Of a stretch of DNA of 60,962 bases, positions 1 through 13,492 are shown one piece after another. A program made the translations under genes and the position numbers. Under the pieces are notes generated by a model that worked only from the letters and a program-made list of their open reading frames with translations, had not been told where the DNA came from and did not search any database. Each line of letters begins with the position of its first letter. The first letter of the stretch is position 1. This DNA is from Reclinomonas americana ATCC 50394 (lineage: Eukaryota): positions 110,753 to 171,714 of the forward strand of contig PS015452.1 of NCBI GenBank assembly GCA_048213135.1, written 5' to 3'.

Positions 1-23
1 CGGTACGGTCGTAACGTACGTAC

Positions 24-26
<3 letters not shown>

Positions 27-112
<86 letters not shown>
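27..112. repeat. (GT)n microsatellite inside an intron
   Basis: Direct inspection. Confidence 0.98.
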
Positions 113-113
<1 letters not shown>

Positions 114-119
114 GACGCA

Positions 120-809
120 CCTCTGTTCGCTCCGTGGTCTCTTGTGCGTCGAGCAGGCGTCGGTTGGCATCGCGCAGCTGCGCTGCTGCACTCTCCCTCT
201 CCTGCTCCATTTGGACCACAATGCGTCGCACTTCTTGTCGCCGTCTGCGTGCGAGAGGGAAGGAAGAGTGAGACTCCCGTGTTGCGTCAGGCGCCACCTG
301 CAATACGCAAACACGCACCCGTCCATCTCTCGTCGAGCTTCGTCACGATCTCGCTCCGCAATGAGCAGTCGCTGTCTCCACTCCTCCCACTGTGCGGGAA
401 CGCGAACCTGATCGTGCACCACCGAGCCCACAAACTTGTCGAGTTGTGAGCGCAGATCACTGCCACACAAAAGAACTCCCGGTCAGTGGACTGAGAGACT
501 TGCACGCTCCTCACAAACGCGCACACGCGCGCGCAGGCATACCGATTCTCGCGCGTCAGCTTTTCGATTTGCCCCTCGACCGCCGCACGCCCCTCTTCCA
601 GCTCCTTGTTTTCCGCGCGCACGCGACCCAAGTCAGTCTCGTAGCGACGACGCAGTCTGCGAGGCCACCAGGTTGTGAGACGAAACTCAAGTACACCTGC
701 ATACGTCCTTCAAAGACGGCGAGACGAAACTCGAGCTCGGCACTGGAGAATCGCTGTGCATTCTCCTTGGTCAATTCCGCGATGCGCTGCTCTTGTCGCT
801 CAATCTGCA

Positions 810-860
<51 letters not shown>

Positions 861-2600
861 GGTGCTCCCGTCAGCGACCATTAGTGCGCGTGATAGGCAG
901 ACGAAAATAGAAAACCACACCAACCTGCTTCTGCAGGTTGGTGTATCGGCTCTTTTGTTGCTCCAGGGTGGAGTTCAAGTCAACAATCTGCATCACACAA
1001 ATCAGTCGACACGGACAATGAACGTGAGCGTGCGTGCGAGCGACGTGCCTGTGCCTTGAACTCCTTGGCCTGATTCAGCGCCTCCAGTTCCTTGCGCTGC
1101 AGGCTGGCCACACGATTCGCCAGCATCTCGTACTCCTGCGGCGAGAAATGGCGTAATGAGCACAGGCTCCGCCTGCAAGAAATGACCACAGCAGCCGCAC
1201 ACACCGCATCCTGTCTCGCATGCCGCGATGCTATGGAATCGAGCTCCTCTTGCAGTGCTCGCCGTTGCGATAGCAGGTCTGAGGCGTGCGACCACAAGTC
1301 AATGCGATTGTTCCTTGCCCGGTTACACCTTCCAACACACATACCCTGAATCTGCACATCACGCTGTGCCACTAGTTGTGTTGTCTCCTCCACGCCCTGG
1401 TCCGCAGAGTCTCTGTAGGCCTTGTAGTCTCGCAGCAAACTGCGGATATCTTTGAACACACACGCACACTCTCTCTCTCCGTATCACACACACAGCGACG
1501 CACCTCTCCTTGTCGGCAAGTCGGTCGCGCGTCTCCATAAGCTCTTGTTGCGTGTGCTGTAATCTGAGATGCACCTCCGCCGCCTCCCCACGCGCCATCT
1601 CCACTTGCGCATTGAGCTCTTGGATTGCCTCCTCCAGCTGCCTGCGGTCTTTCCGCAAAAGGTTGCACTCGCGCTCCATGGTCTCTGTTGCTCGCTGGCT
1701 GTTCTCGGTTCTCAGCTCCAGCTGCTGGCCTGCAGCATGCAAAAACAAGGTCTGAGCCAGTGCAAAACCACACGCACACTCTGTCGGCGCCCCAAACGCA
1801 ACATTCCAGCTCTCGATCACGCAGCGATTCCTTCAGCGTGGCGATTTCACTATCGCCAGCCGCCATGCGCTGCCGGTACAGTTCCGTCTCCTCTGTCAAC
1901 ACATCGATGCGGTCCTGCAGATCGTAGCTGCTCACGCACCAGTCAGCCACGCGCTTCTAAATCACGACTCGAATACAATAAGAACGAAACATGGCACCAG
2001 CATCGGCTGTCGGCGTGCGCACCGAGCGCTGCAGCGCGTCGAGCTCCACTCCTCGCGCACTCGCCTGTCGATCTTGCAACGATCGTTGCAGCTTGTCGCG
2101 CAGCTGCTGGTTCTCCTCCACCAGCACATGCAGCTGTCGATCGATCTCCGAGAACTGGTTCTGCGCGAACACGTGTTGGCGCCATGCCTCACACTCCCCC
2201 TCGACAACACTGCACGGGTGTACCGTAGCAAACGCGATCTGGCCCTCCAGCTCCGTGACGTACGCCTCGTAGGCCGCAAGAAGCGGATTCACAATCTCGG
2301 AATCGGTCGTCCACGGTGGCGCAGGCTGATCGCTCAGCGGTGCATCCAGGGAGACTATCGCACGCTCTATGTCAACGACAGCCTGCTCAATCGCGATGTG
2401 CGTCTCTCTCTTTCTCTCACTACGCCTCACCTGACGCACGAGAGGGCACATGCTTCTGCATCTGTGGATGAGCGCGAAGAGCCGCGTCCAGATTGAGTGT
2501 CACTCGTCGACCACCTCCTGCACCCGTGCGCTATGAGTGCCACACACACACAGAGAGAGAATAGAGACACTACACAAGTCGAACTCGCCTCCTGTCGCAT
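120..2600 (-). CDS. Multi-exon coiled-coil protein, CEP89/CCDC123-like; 3' end runs off the left edge of the window
   Basis: ATG at 2600 (MRQEASST). Spliced exons give continuous heptad-rich sequence (VNPLLAAYEAYVTELEGQI...NQFSEIDRQLHVLVEENQQLRDKL...). The PLLxAYE...LVxENxxL motif resembles CEP89 as I recall it. The last visible exon ends at a GTGCGT donor near 120. Confidence 0.7.
811..857. repeat. (CA)n microsatellite inside an intron
   Basis: Direct inspection. Confidence 0.98.
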
Positions 2601-2747
2601 CGCCAGTCTGTTCACGAGAGACAACTTGTGAGTCACCGTCCGTGCGTCACATACACACACATACACACGCGTAGAAACGCAACAACGAGTGGTCGCACAG
2701 TGCTATCGAATCGCGTGGGAGCCCCACCACTGCCATCAGCAGTCGAC

Positions 2748-5700
2748 ATGAGCGCGCCTGCTCTGAGGCAAGAAAATTGGGACGAGTATGTAACGGTCAG
2801 CGACGTCGATCGCTCCCCACCAAGTACGACGAGGGGAAAGGACGCACTAGGTGTCAATGCACTTGCTATAGTAACGTGCAGCAGAGGGCACTTTGTGGAC
2901 TTTCACAGCAACTGAAAAGCAAAGCCTCTTGAATTCGAACGTACGCGTCGACGTCAAGCTTCAGTGCATGGTGGCTCAGCGACGCGCACTGCTCGCCTTC
3001 CCATCCCTCCGCTTTGGTCCACCTGCTGCACACGGTCACCACGGAGAAGAGAAAGTCGATCAGGAGAAGGACGCGCGACGCTCGCATAGCATCAACATAA
3101 CACGAAGATGAGGTCTTTCCCTCTCCTATTATATCCCCTCCGCTTCACCTCCATCGACCACATTATCGCTCACTCTTACCTCCTCTCCGACAACCGCAGC
3201 GCACAACCACCGGAGTTCGTCGAGGTGATTGTGCCACTCGAGGCCAAACGCCGATCACAGCCTCACGTTCACTCGCCCTCGCCCTCGTCTACCTCGCTCT
3301 CACTGCGACAAGGCGACATGTGTCGCGTGCTTGAGCTTGACGCACGCCGAGCCAGTGTCTCTGTGCAACTGTGGGCTCGTCATCATCAACGCGAGGACGA
3401 GGAGGATGATGACGACGAGGAAGAAGATGACAGGGAAGGCGTGTATCGCTTGCCAGCAGTGGCGGTGCGCGTGGTCGGTGGACCTGCTGGTGTCAAGGTG
3501 AACCTCGTCTTGTGTCATGACGAGTCGTCGTCGACTTCTGTTTGACATGTGGATCGATCGTCAACACGCACACAGAACCTGACACAGCATCCGTTCTGGC
3601 GTGAGCTGGCGACGCGACCGGAGCACCTGCAGACGTGGATGTCACCGGTGTTGGTGAGCAGTGCAATAGCGGGCGGAAGTGGGCGAGCGGATGATGCGGC
3701 GTCGGAGTCGACAGTGGAGTCGGGGCAACTGGTGGCGGTGGTGATGCAGCCGCGACGGCCATCGCTGGTCGCCACCGACGATGACACGTTGCAGGTGTCG
3801 CCGAACAGCAGTGGCAGCGCGCAGGTTCAGCAGCAGCAGACCGGCGGCAGTCTCTCGAACAACAGCGACGAGACCACGGCGACAACGGTGACGACGCCGA
3901 CGCCGACGGTCGCGCACTCGACAGCGATGGAACGCAGCACGGTGCCTGTGGCGACGACTAACGCTGTTGCAGCAGCCTCTGTGTTTGACGCACAACGCGG
4001 TGCGTACGCCAGGCAATCGCCGCCGTCCAGCCCGGGCGCGAACAAGACGAGGGTGGCACAGCTGGAGAGACTCGGTTCGTGCAACCTGTGCAGCGCGAGT
4101 GCGCGCCGCGGGTCACTCACGTGCGATCGCATGCAGTGGGACAGCTGAATATGATGCTCACCAAGTTGCTGGAGGCGCACCCGGGTCTCCACGAACGACT
4201 GCAGGCTGTGGGTTCGCCACTGACACTCGTGCCTCGCTCATCGCCGCTGGCTCCGCTCACACAGCCGCGTTCACAGAACAAAGCATCAAGAGCGGGCGCT
4301 TACCGGCCGCCGCCGGACAGCAGCCGGTCACCGCCGTGCACATTCCACTGATTACGGCCTACGAAGCGCACATTAAGCGTCTGGAGAACACCGTGCAGCT
4401 CACACAGGTGATGTCTCGTGTGTCACTTGACGAAATGTGCGCATCAACTGATTGATGTGTGTGGCAGGCGAGGTTAGCTGACGCCCAGAAAGACCTGTAC
4501 TCGCTGGTGGAGGAGGGCAACGATTTGCGCGAGACACTTACGCTAGAGTCGGAGCTGCGGCGTGCACTCGAACGCCAGCTGCGCACTTCGGGTGCGGAGA
4601 GCGATCAAGCTGACTTGCTGTTGCGTCGAGACTTGCCGGAGTGGTCGTGATGCTGTCACTCACGCGTGGACAGGCTCGAGCTGCACTCGCGGAACGCCAC
4701 ATTGACCGAGGAAGTGGAGCTGCTGAGATTAAAGGATCGTGAGTGGCAGAAGCGAGAGGCGCACCTCAGGGGCGAGCTGGAAGCTGCCGGGAGGAAAGGT
4801 ACACTTCTTTTTTCGAAAATACTCAGCACTTTGCACACGCAGGCTGACCCTGTTTGTCTTTGAAGACAAGGAGAACACGGTGCGGTGGGCGGAAGCAAGG
4901 CGTGACTTCATGGCCGTGGACAAGGACTTGGGGGAGGCGGCGGAGAAGATTGAGCAGATGAAGTCGTTGTGCCAGCGCAAGGACGCCGACTTGACGGAGC
5001 GTGATCGGCAAATCGAGCTGGCTCACCAGGGTGCGCAAGAGGCTCGGCAGCGCCAGACTGTTGCCGAAACGCTGGTGAAGGACAAGGAAGCGTTGCGTGT
5101 GTTCGACACGGGAATGTGGTGCTTGCTCCGTCGTTGACGACATGGTGCACAGCATGCTGAAGGAGTTGAGGTCGCAACTGGAGCAGATGCGAGCACTGGT
5201 GGACCGTCGAGAGGAGCAGCTTGACGAGCGCGAAGGCAAGATACAAAGTTGCAACGATGACGACCTTGGCGTGCGCTGTTTTGTTTCTTGCTCACACACA
5301 CGTCACAGATCTTGTTGCACAACAGCTGTACCTCGAGCAAATCGCCTTGCAGCACAAGGAGACGATCGCCGCTCGCGTTGAGGTTGCGTACCTTCCTCGT
5401 GCTACGTACACGATATGCATTAGTTGACTGTGCCGCCGGCAGGAGGTGCAACGCTTGCAGCAGGAGAACGAGTCGAAGCAGGAAATCGAGCGAGATCTAA
5501 CTCTGGAACTGAGTGGCGCTCAGCGACGTGTTCGTTTTCGATAGACGCCACACTGTTCTTCCCACATCTACGTCGCTCACATGCGGTTATCAAACAGTGT
5601 GAAGACCTGGAGACGACCTTGCGTGCCGAGCAAGAGAGACTGCGTGACGCGCTAAAGGATGTTGCGTACTAGCGACGTGTGCTTGCGTGTTGGAGGTTAG

Positions 5701-7637
5701 CTGGAGACACTGACTCGTCCACAACGCAGCTGACGGCCACGCGGGAGGAACTGTCACAACTGAGGAGCGAGTACGCTCTGCTGGAAGTCAGTGTCGGTGC
5801 AGAGTTGCGGAGGTCATGTCTCCAGTGTTGTCTCTTGTCGCATGCCTGCTGAATTGTGTCTGTGTGTGTGCCTGCTTGGACAGTGCACGGCGTCGTCTGG
5901 TGCAGCAGCTGAAAGACTGCGAAGACATTATTCAACGACAACAGCACGCTCACCGCCAGCTGGAGCTTCAAAATGTGCTGCTCTCTGACGAGAATCGGTG
6001 AGCCCACCGATGCAAGCTTGGCTTGTCATCTAAACACATGATCTTACACACACGCGCAGAGCACTGCAACAACGCTGGGAACTGCTCATGTCAATGCCAG
6101 ACGGTCGTCGGACGCAGGCTTCTCGCATCGAGCAAGAACAGAAGCAGCAGCAGCTGCAGCAGATGCAGCAACCGCAGCTGCAGTCGTCGTCCGATGTGGT
6201 CACTCGAGAACTCGAGCGGTACGTTCTTTCGTTGGAGCAATCTCGCTGCTGCACGTCGGGCACTCACATGCTGGAGGGAAAACAGAGAGCTGCGAGTCGT
6301 GCGCGAGAGGCTGAATGAGTTGGAGACACGGCACATGGAGGCGCAAGCCAGGGATCGCTCACAGCACGCCACCATACAGTCACTGCGTGAGAATATGGAA
6401 ACGCTGAAAGTAAGCAGCAGCATGTGTTCACATGGTGCAGTGCGTAGCGCGCGCGTCTGTCTGAAGCTGCCAATACGCAGGCGGAAAAGGTGCATCTGGA
6501 GCAACGCGTGCGCGACCTGCAGCAAGAGTACGCGTCGTCGAGTGTGCGCAGTCCCGCCGAGCGGTCATTCTCGACGGAGATGAACCGTGGACAGTTGGCT
6601 CTGGTGTGGACGCAGCTGCCATGTGTACCGGGAACGACTTGAGAGACACTCACTACCGCATGTTATCTTTGCAGTTCGAAAGCAAGGCACGTGACGCCGC
6701 ACAGCGAGCAGAGCGCATCAAAACGCTGGAGGCCGTGCTGGAGCGCACACGCGAAGAGAAAGCGCTTCTGGAACACCGATTGTTGCGTGAACACTATGGG
6801 ATGGGATGGCTGCATGCTCACCACCCACCTTCTCAACTGCAGAAGCGTGGCCCGCGAATCGGTCAAGGACGAGCTGGCTGTCGACATTGCGGAGGCGGAG
6901 GCCAAGGCGGAGGTGGAGCGTGTGACGGCGGAGAACGCACGCGCCGAGCTGCAACGATCGCAGGAGGAGGTGCAGAGATTACGCGCCGAGGTAGGAACGC
7001 GAGAGCAGCAAATGGAGGGACTGCAGGCGGCCTTGTTGCGATCGTTGCAGTCGTCGCAACTGGCGACCATACAGCAGGCACGACTGATGGCAAACAATGA
7101 GCACTTGATGGGAGAACGCCGGGAGCTCCATATCCTTTCTGTTGCCATCGCTTGTGCAGCTCCAGTCATCGCGTTGCCACTGCGTTTGTCCTTGACTCTT
7201 CGCGTGCACTCGACAGAATCGAGCGATTGGAACTCGAAGTACGTCGCGCTCACACGGCGAGTGTACGACACGCCGCATCGCCAGCGCTGTCGACGCCCAG
7301 CGTGTTTGGTGCGTGTCCGCCGTTCCAGTGCTTTTTTTCTGTCATGCGCATCATTCTCACCACCCACACCACAGAGGGCATGTTGTATGGCGAAACACAC
7401 GGTACTGGCGTCCCCGGCATGCTGCCGCCGACCACGCCCCAGGTGCTCTCATCCAGCGGGCGCGCCGTTCTCACGACCGCGTCTCCACTGCGATCTCACA
7501 GCCCCGGCACGGCCGTTCGTCGGAAAAAGAGGCCATCGTCGGCCACCGCAGCGACGGCCGAGACCCGACCAATGTCGGCTTCCGCACCTGCTTCGTCGTC
7601 GAGCCGAGCGCGACTACGAGCCATGCATGCACAATGA
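2748..7637 (+). CDS. Long multi-exon coiled-coil protein with a CEP89-like central region and an N-terminal extension
   Basis: ATG at 2748 (MSAPALRQENW). About 20 short introns restore one frame through IPLITAYEAHIKRLE...DLYSLVEEGNDLRETL and a long coiled coil to TGA at 7637. The 5' exon structure is less certain. Confidence 0.7.
7130..7209 (+). other. U12-type (minor spliceosome) AT-AC intron
   Basis: 5' ATATCCTTT at 7130, branch site TCCTTGAC at 7189-7196, AC end at 7208-7209. Removal gives GAG CTC C|TC GAC AGA ATC GAG (ELLDRIE), restoring the frame. Confidence 0.92.
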
Positions 7638-7708
7638 ATGAAATAATAATAATAATCAAAAACAACATTCATTCCTGCAGACAGAGACAGGCACCCGTGC
7701 ACATGGTG

Positions 7709-9546
7709 CTATGAGTGCACCCACTCAAAGAACTTGGTGGCCAACTCGAAGCCGACAAACATCAGTCCCGCGTACGGAACTAGCTTGGCGAGGTTGGCCG
7801 TCGTGCCGCGGTACAGGCCACGAATGCCCTCTGTCCGCGCCACCTGGTATGTCACGGGGTGAGAGGAGTGGTAGGATAGAGTGGCGACACAAATGGGACG
7901 CACCTTGAGGAAGCAGTCCGTGGCATTCTTGTAGTACTCGGGGTTCGGAGAACCGTCGGCCAAAAACTTTTGGTCAATGCCCTGCGCCTGCAACTTCTTG
8001 CGGATCAGGTCCATGGGGTAGGTGCCGGTCTGCGAAAAGCTGTGGCGCTCTCCCGAATGAGCGACACGCAGAAAACACAGGCAAAGAAGGGTGGGAAAAA
8101 AACGCAACGCTGCGGCAACACAACCATTCGCAAACTGCTGTAGTGGCGACAGCTGATCGCGCGGAATGCCCCATGCACCACCCAACATCTGTGCCATCTG
8201 CGTGAGTTTCCATGCACACCAACCCAACTACCCCGATAGTGCGTCACACACCTCGTAGGCCATGAATGTCATGCCGGCAAAGGGGAAAATGCCGAACACC
8301 GTGGTCACAATGCCGCGGTACAGACCACGCACGCCCTCTTTTCTGTAGATCTGCTTGGCCGTTGGCCACGGAGCCAGTTTCTGACTCATGTGCGACACGG
8401 TCAAGCGCGTCTGCAGCGGCGGGATGAGTCAACGGGAGAAAAAGGAGGAGGGAATTGAACACGCAAGCGCACACACCTTGATCACATCGAGTGGGTACGT
8501 GAAGAACGAGGCAGTGGAGCCAGCAATGCCGCCGGCGAGCAATGCACGCAGCGGCGACAATTCACCTGTTTCTTGACTCCTCAACATGTCCTTCACCTTC
8601 ACAAATGTGGCAAACTGAATGCCTGTGCATGCAGATGAAAACGACAGACAATGAGAGGGGGCTCAGGGAAAAAACACAACGCACCATTGAATGGGAACAG
8701 CCTGACGCACGCCATGCCTGCACCACGACAAACAGAACAGTGCGTGAGCGAGCGAGTGAGCACGCACATTATGCACAAGCATCACCATTGCCCTTCCAGA
8801 ACGCCTTCAGCCCCTCATTCTTGTACACATTCTGTGGCGAGAGAATGAGCACGCCAGAGGCGCACACGACTAACAAGAACCACAAAGAAGGACGCAACAC
8901 TAAAGGTCTTCAGAAACCCCTGCTTGGAGTCCTTGGTGCCGACTTGCGCCAAAATCTTGACCACGTCCAACGGCTGAACACGCCACACATGAAGGGTCAA
9001 CATGCGAAAATAGCGATCGATTTCTCCGATGCACGGGGAGGCACAGGGAGAGACAGGCAGTGAGAGGGAGAGTAAGGGAAGGGGTTTGGCAGAGAGGGAA
9101 AGAGAGAAAGTAAGAGAGAGAGAGAGAGACCGGCAGTGAGTGCATTTGGCGAGAGAAACCGAGTGACTGGTGCATTGTCGATCGCATTTGCATCGATCTC
9201 TACTCTCCAAGCTCTCCCATTCACTCACTCACTCACTGCACCCACTACACCCCACGCAACCCACACCAAAACCACACCAAAATCGCACCAAAACCCCACA
9301 CAAAAAACAAAAAAACTCACCGACGTCAATGTGCGCGATAACACACCCGCAAAGCCGCCGCTGATAAAGTTCTCACCAAACGGCAGCTTACTGCAACACA
9401 AACAAACAGACACAAACAAGTCAGAGAGAGAGAGAGACAAACAAGCGACATGTCTGTGTGCGCAACACGCGCTTGCTCTCTTGCACACACACACGGGCAC
9501 AGAGTGAGTGAAAGTGTGTGTCAACGCACCTCTCAAAACGACCCAT
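7709..9546 (-). CDS. SLC25A43: Mitochondrial carrier family protein, SLC25A43-like
   Basis: Spliced product MGRFESKLPFGENFISGGFAGVLSRTLTS-PLDVVKILAQVGT...EGLKAFWKGNGMACVRLFPF...YPLDVIKTRL...EGVRGLYRG...YPMDLIRKKLQ...EGIRGLYRG has three Px(D/E)xx(K/R) carrier repeats. Family is secure; subfamily is by recalled similarity. Confidence 0.85.
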
Positions 9547-10081
9547 GAGCGTGTGTTTGTGAGAGAGACAGAGACAGTTTCAATGTGCGCTCGCCCGCCT
9601 TTGCATTGTCTGTGTTTGCGTCTCTCTTTGCGTGTCTTTGTTTGTGTTAGAGTGTACGTGTGTGTGTGTGTGTGTCTCACGCGTAGACGCGAGCAACTGC
9701 AATCATGGGCTGCGCACAGAGCTGCATGAAGGACAAGTCACTGGGAGTTGCGTGCACTGACACGCGCACGCACATGAAAGTCACTTGCGAGCACACACAT
9801 GCGCGCGCATTGAGAGAGTGCGAGAGAGCACTGTTGTGTGTGCATGCATGGCGAGTTGTGCATTGAGATGATGATGGTTGATTACACGTGCGTGCGCACT
9901 ATATGTGCACACACGCGCGCGCTCTCCTCTCACAGTCGCACTCTCTCTCTCTCTCTCTTACGCGTGCGTTGTGCGTCGCGTCATCATGCACCACCGAGAG
10001 AGGAGTTGCGGCAGTTGATCATCATGACACACACTCACCGTTTGCCGCGCACAGTACGAGTCGGAGAAGGGCGAGGTGCCG

Positions 10082-12115
10082 ATGCGAGGCATGGGCGCAT
10101 CTTCGTCGCCCACTGCGGATAGTGGATACGCGCCACCGCGCTCGCCGGGTAGTGGTGTGCTCTCGCCGGGCAAGGCGGCTGGAGCGGCGGCCGCAGCAGC
10201 GGCGGCTGGTGTCACACCGCAGGGCGACCGGCTGTCGCTGATGCATCACCGCGATGCGGATGAGAGCGATGATAGCGATGGAGAGACGGCCTCCAAGCCG
10301 GTGCAGTCGTCTTCGTCTACGCCGCCGGCACCGTCGCGGCCACCGGCGAGGGCGGCAGCGAGGGCGGCGGCAGCGGCGGCGTCGTCGTTGTCGGGGGCGG
10401 CGTCGGTGGAGTCGGGCGAGTCGTCCATGCTGGATCAGCGCATTGAGAAGAGGCCGCAGTCGCCCGACGCGCCACCGGTGGTGAGTTGATACACAACAAC
10501 GAGGGTATAACTGTGTGTGCGTTCGCACACATCCACTGACTCGTCTTCCTTGCAGCCGCGATTGGCGTTTGGCCATTGGCCACCACCAGAGGGTCCGGTG
10601 ACGCGCGGTCGGCCGCAGTTTGAGGCGAGGCTGTTGGCGGTGCGCGAGGCCATGAGCACATCCACCACGCGTTCGCTCGGCAACGTGCAGAACGCTGTCA
10701 ACGCACTGTCGGCATTCATCCGCACCGAGCCGCGCAGCACCGAACTCACCAACCAAGGTGCGCCACGCTCTCCTCTTACTTCGCCTCTCCTCTCGCACTT
10801 TCTCATCGGTGTGCTGTCAGGCGTCGTTTTCCTGCGACGACTGCTCGGCATTTTGGACAAGGTGTACGCCGACTGCTACCGACGCGAGCCACTGGCGATG
10901 CCCGACAGTGACTTGCAGTTTGTGTATGCGCGCGCGCTGGAGTTGACTGTGGATCTGTTTATGCAAAAGACGTGTGCGCACGCCGAGACCGTTCACCGCG
11001 GCCTGCCCGATGTGCCCGAGTTGGAGGCGTTTGCGTGCGACAAGCTGTTTGAGGACTACACGCGAAACGTGGCGCTGCGCGGACAGTTGCTGGCGCTCTA
11101 CTCGTCCGTGATGAATCTGAGTGGTGTGTCCAGCTTGCGGAGATAATTTCCCCCATGACTCGCCTTTCTCACTCACTCACTGCTGCGTGCTTCCTCACGC
11201 TGTAGAGGCACAATCACTCAAACTGAATGAGGATCGCTTCGTCACACTCGTCATGGATTCGCTGGACAATTTCGTGGAGGACTCGTCGTGCTGCGGGTGG
11301 GCGTGCTACATTATCGCGATGCAAGCGCTCTTTTTGCGACCCGAAGTGGAGGCCACATACGCCGTCAAGGGCATTCCGCGAAGGCTTGCCGAGATCATTG
11401 ATCGTGCGCTGCTCACCAACACACCATTCCCGGCGGTGCAATCGATTAGCGCCATTCTGTACCTGGTCAAGAAGAGCGGTGTGTGAGAGGGAGAAACAGA
11501 TTCATCTGCTGTGCTTTCTCGTGTGACTGAAAGAATGCGACTGTCTCCTGGTGACCCGCAGAACGCCTGAAGAGGCTGGCGCTGGAGACGGGCATTGTGG
11601 AGAAGCTGGATTCGTGCATGGCGCTCTTCACCAACAACCAGCAGCTGGAGCAAAAGGCCGATCAGCTGCGGCGATTCCTCAGTGCGGGTGCCGGCGGCGC
11701 TTCTCGCTCGCTCGCCACGTGCGTACAATTCTCCTTGTGTGATCGACTTGAGCGTTTTTTGCACTCACTCCTCTCGTGCTGGTAACAGTGCGCCGGCATC
11801 ACCGTCGCCGCCAGTCAGCAATGGTGGAACGCCGACGTCCTCGTCGGGATTGCAAGCGGGCGGCTCACTATCACGACGCACCAACTCGGATGTGTCGTCG
11901 GACACGGAGAGTGATTCGCGTGGCGTGAGCAGCTCGGGTGTGAAGCTGCGAGTCGGTGGCGGTGGGCGGTCGACCAAGAGTTGAGTGGTGGTGGGGGGTG
12001 GGGGAAAGAAGCAGGGTTGGCATTCCTCTGTCTCACATGACTGTATGCAGGCAACGATGGGTACGCACCACCGACGCTGCCGTCGTCGGCCGTGAGGAGT
12101 GGTGGAGCGCGCTAA
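10082..12115 (+). CDS. Hypothetical protein: helical core flanked by Ser/Pro/Ala low-complexity tails; start uncertain
   Basis: ORF pieces 10076-10489, 10517-11146, 11121-11486 and 11597-11984 join through GT-AG introns; final exon ends at TAA 12115. Confidence 0.65.
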
Positions 12116-12251
12116 TTGAGTGTTGAGGGGGGGCATGTTTTCCGTGTGTTGTGGTCGTTTTTTCCCCTTGAGAAGGACGGGTGGGGTGAGAGGAATAACA
12201 AAGAAGCATTGGACGTTGCTGCTACACACCTACAACTAGTACATTTATTTC

Positions 12252-13313
12252 TCACATCAGCAGCGGAAGTGCGGGGATGACTCGCTGGCCGCGATGCTCG
12301 CGAAACATGCGCATCGCAAACTGGCCGGCCGCAGACGCACGGAACTCGTCGACCAGGGCACGGAACTCGGGCGACAGCTCGTCCAGGGCTGGCAACTTGG
12401 CACCGTAGCCTGCACGCGCGCGCAAGAGTGAGGTGAGTGGGTTTTGTGGCCAGACAGTGCGGTGCGAAACAATGCTGACCTTCTTCTGGGGTCGGCAGCA
12501 GGAGTGGCGACAGCATGCTTGCGGCGCTCAGGTCAGCCGCCGTGAAGCGATCGCCGACCAGGTACTGTCGTCCGTCGGCGAGCAGCTCGTCGATGAATGC
12601 CACTTCCTGTGCAATTGCTCATGCCGGTGAGGAGAGAGAGAAGGTCTCGACAAGTCGTGTCTGCGCACCTCACGCAGCACGGCCAGCGAATCGCGAGCAT
12701 GTTCCTCGTCGATGCGGAGACCGCGAGAGATAGCCTTTCGCAGCAGTGGTTTGAACAGGCGTGCGAAGGCAGACTGCACGCGCGGGAAGTTGCTGCGGAT
12801 CATGCGTCCAAACATGTCGCTGTCCGCCAGCACATGCAGATACGCCACTCGACGCGTATGCGGACCTATGCGCTCGCCAAAGCGCTGCTCCAGCTCCACA
12901 ATGCGATCGGTGAACTCGGCGGGGTACAACGAGTTTGACTCGTCGTCGAGCGCGTACCGATCGGACGCCCACTGCGCGATGTCGGACGAGTCGTGCAGCA
13001 CTTGTCGCTGGCGCGGACTCCTCGATCGGATCACCAGACAGGGCGTGGAGGCTTTGCTGGAGGTGCCGTCGACATTGGTCTTGCGAGCAAAGCGCGTGGC
13101 ACACAGCACCGGCAGTGCGTGAAACAGCGGCATGTAGACGCGTTCTCTGTACGGAATACCGTAGTGATCGAGAGCCCACCGTGCCTTCTCCTGTGATGCG
13201 GATGAGAACAAGGCGCTGGAGGGAGTGCCATTCATTGTCGACAGCGCAACGTTGTAATGAGAAAAACGAATGGTGATCAACTCGAGGGTGGGTTCGTCTT
13301 CGCTCGCCGTCAT
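12252..13313 (-). CDS. Glutathione S-transferase-fold protein (paralog 1), 3 introns
   Basis: LITIRFSHYN|EKARWALD N-terminal motif, TPCLV, VLHDSSDIAQW and YLVGDRFTAADL; ends PALPLLM*. Confidence 0.9.
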
Positions 13314-13492
13314 TGTCGAAAAAAACGCTAAAAATGAATATCAGTCACTACTTGTAGACGATGTAACTGCGTCTGAAACTCCGCTCCGAGAACCTCGCGA
13401 GTCTCATCGGAGAGCACGACGCGAGCATGCTGAAAGCAATGTACATGTGGCGAAGAACCTTTTCAGTGAGTACCACATTGACTTCATATACT

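Noticed and set aside
27-449. ORFs with (CV)n or (HT)n tracts, also at 40253-41436
   Set aside because: Translations of GT/CA microsatellites.
5269-5308. Possible GC-AG intron starting GCGTGC
   Set aside because: A same-phase GTTGCA donor at 5248 gives a typical 61-nt intron and is more parsimonious.
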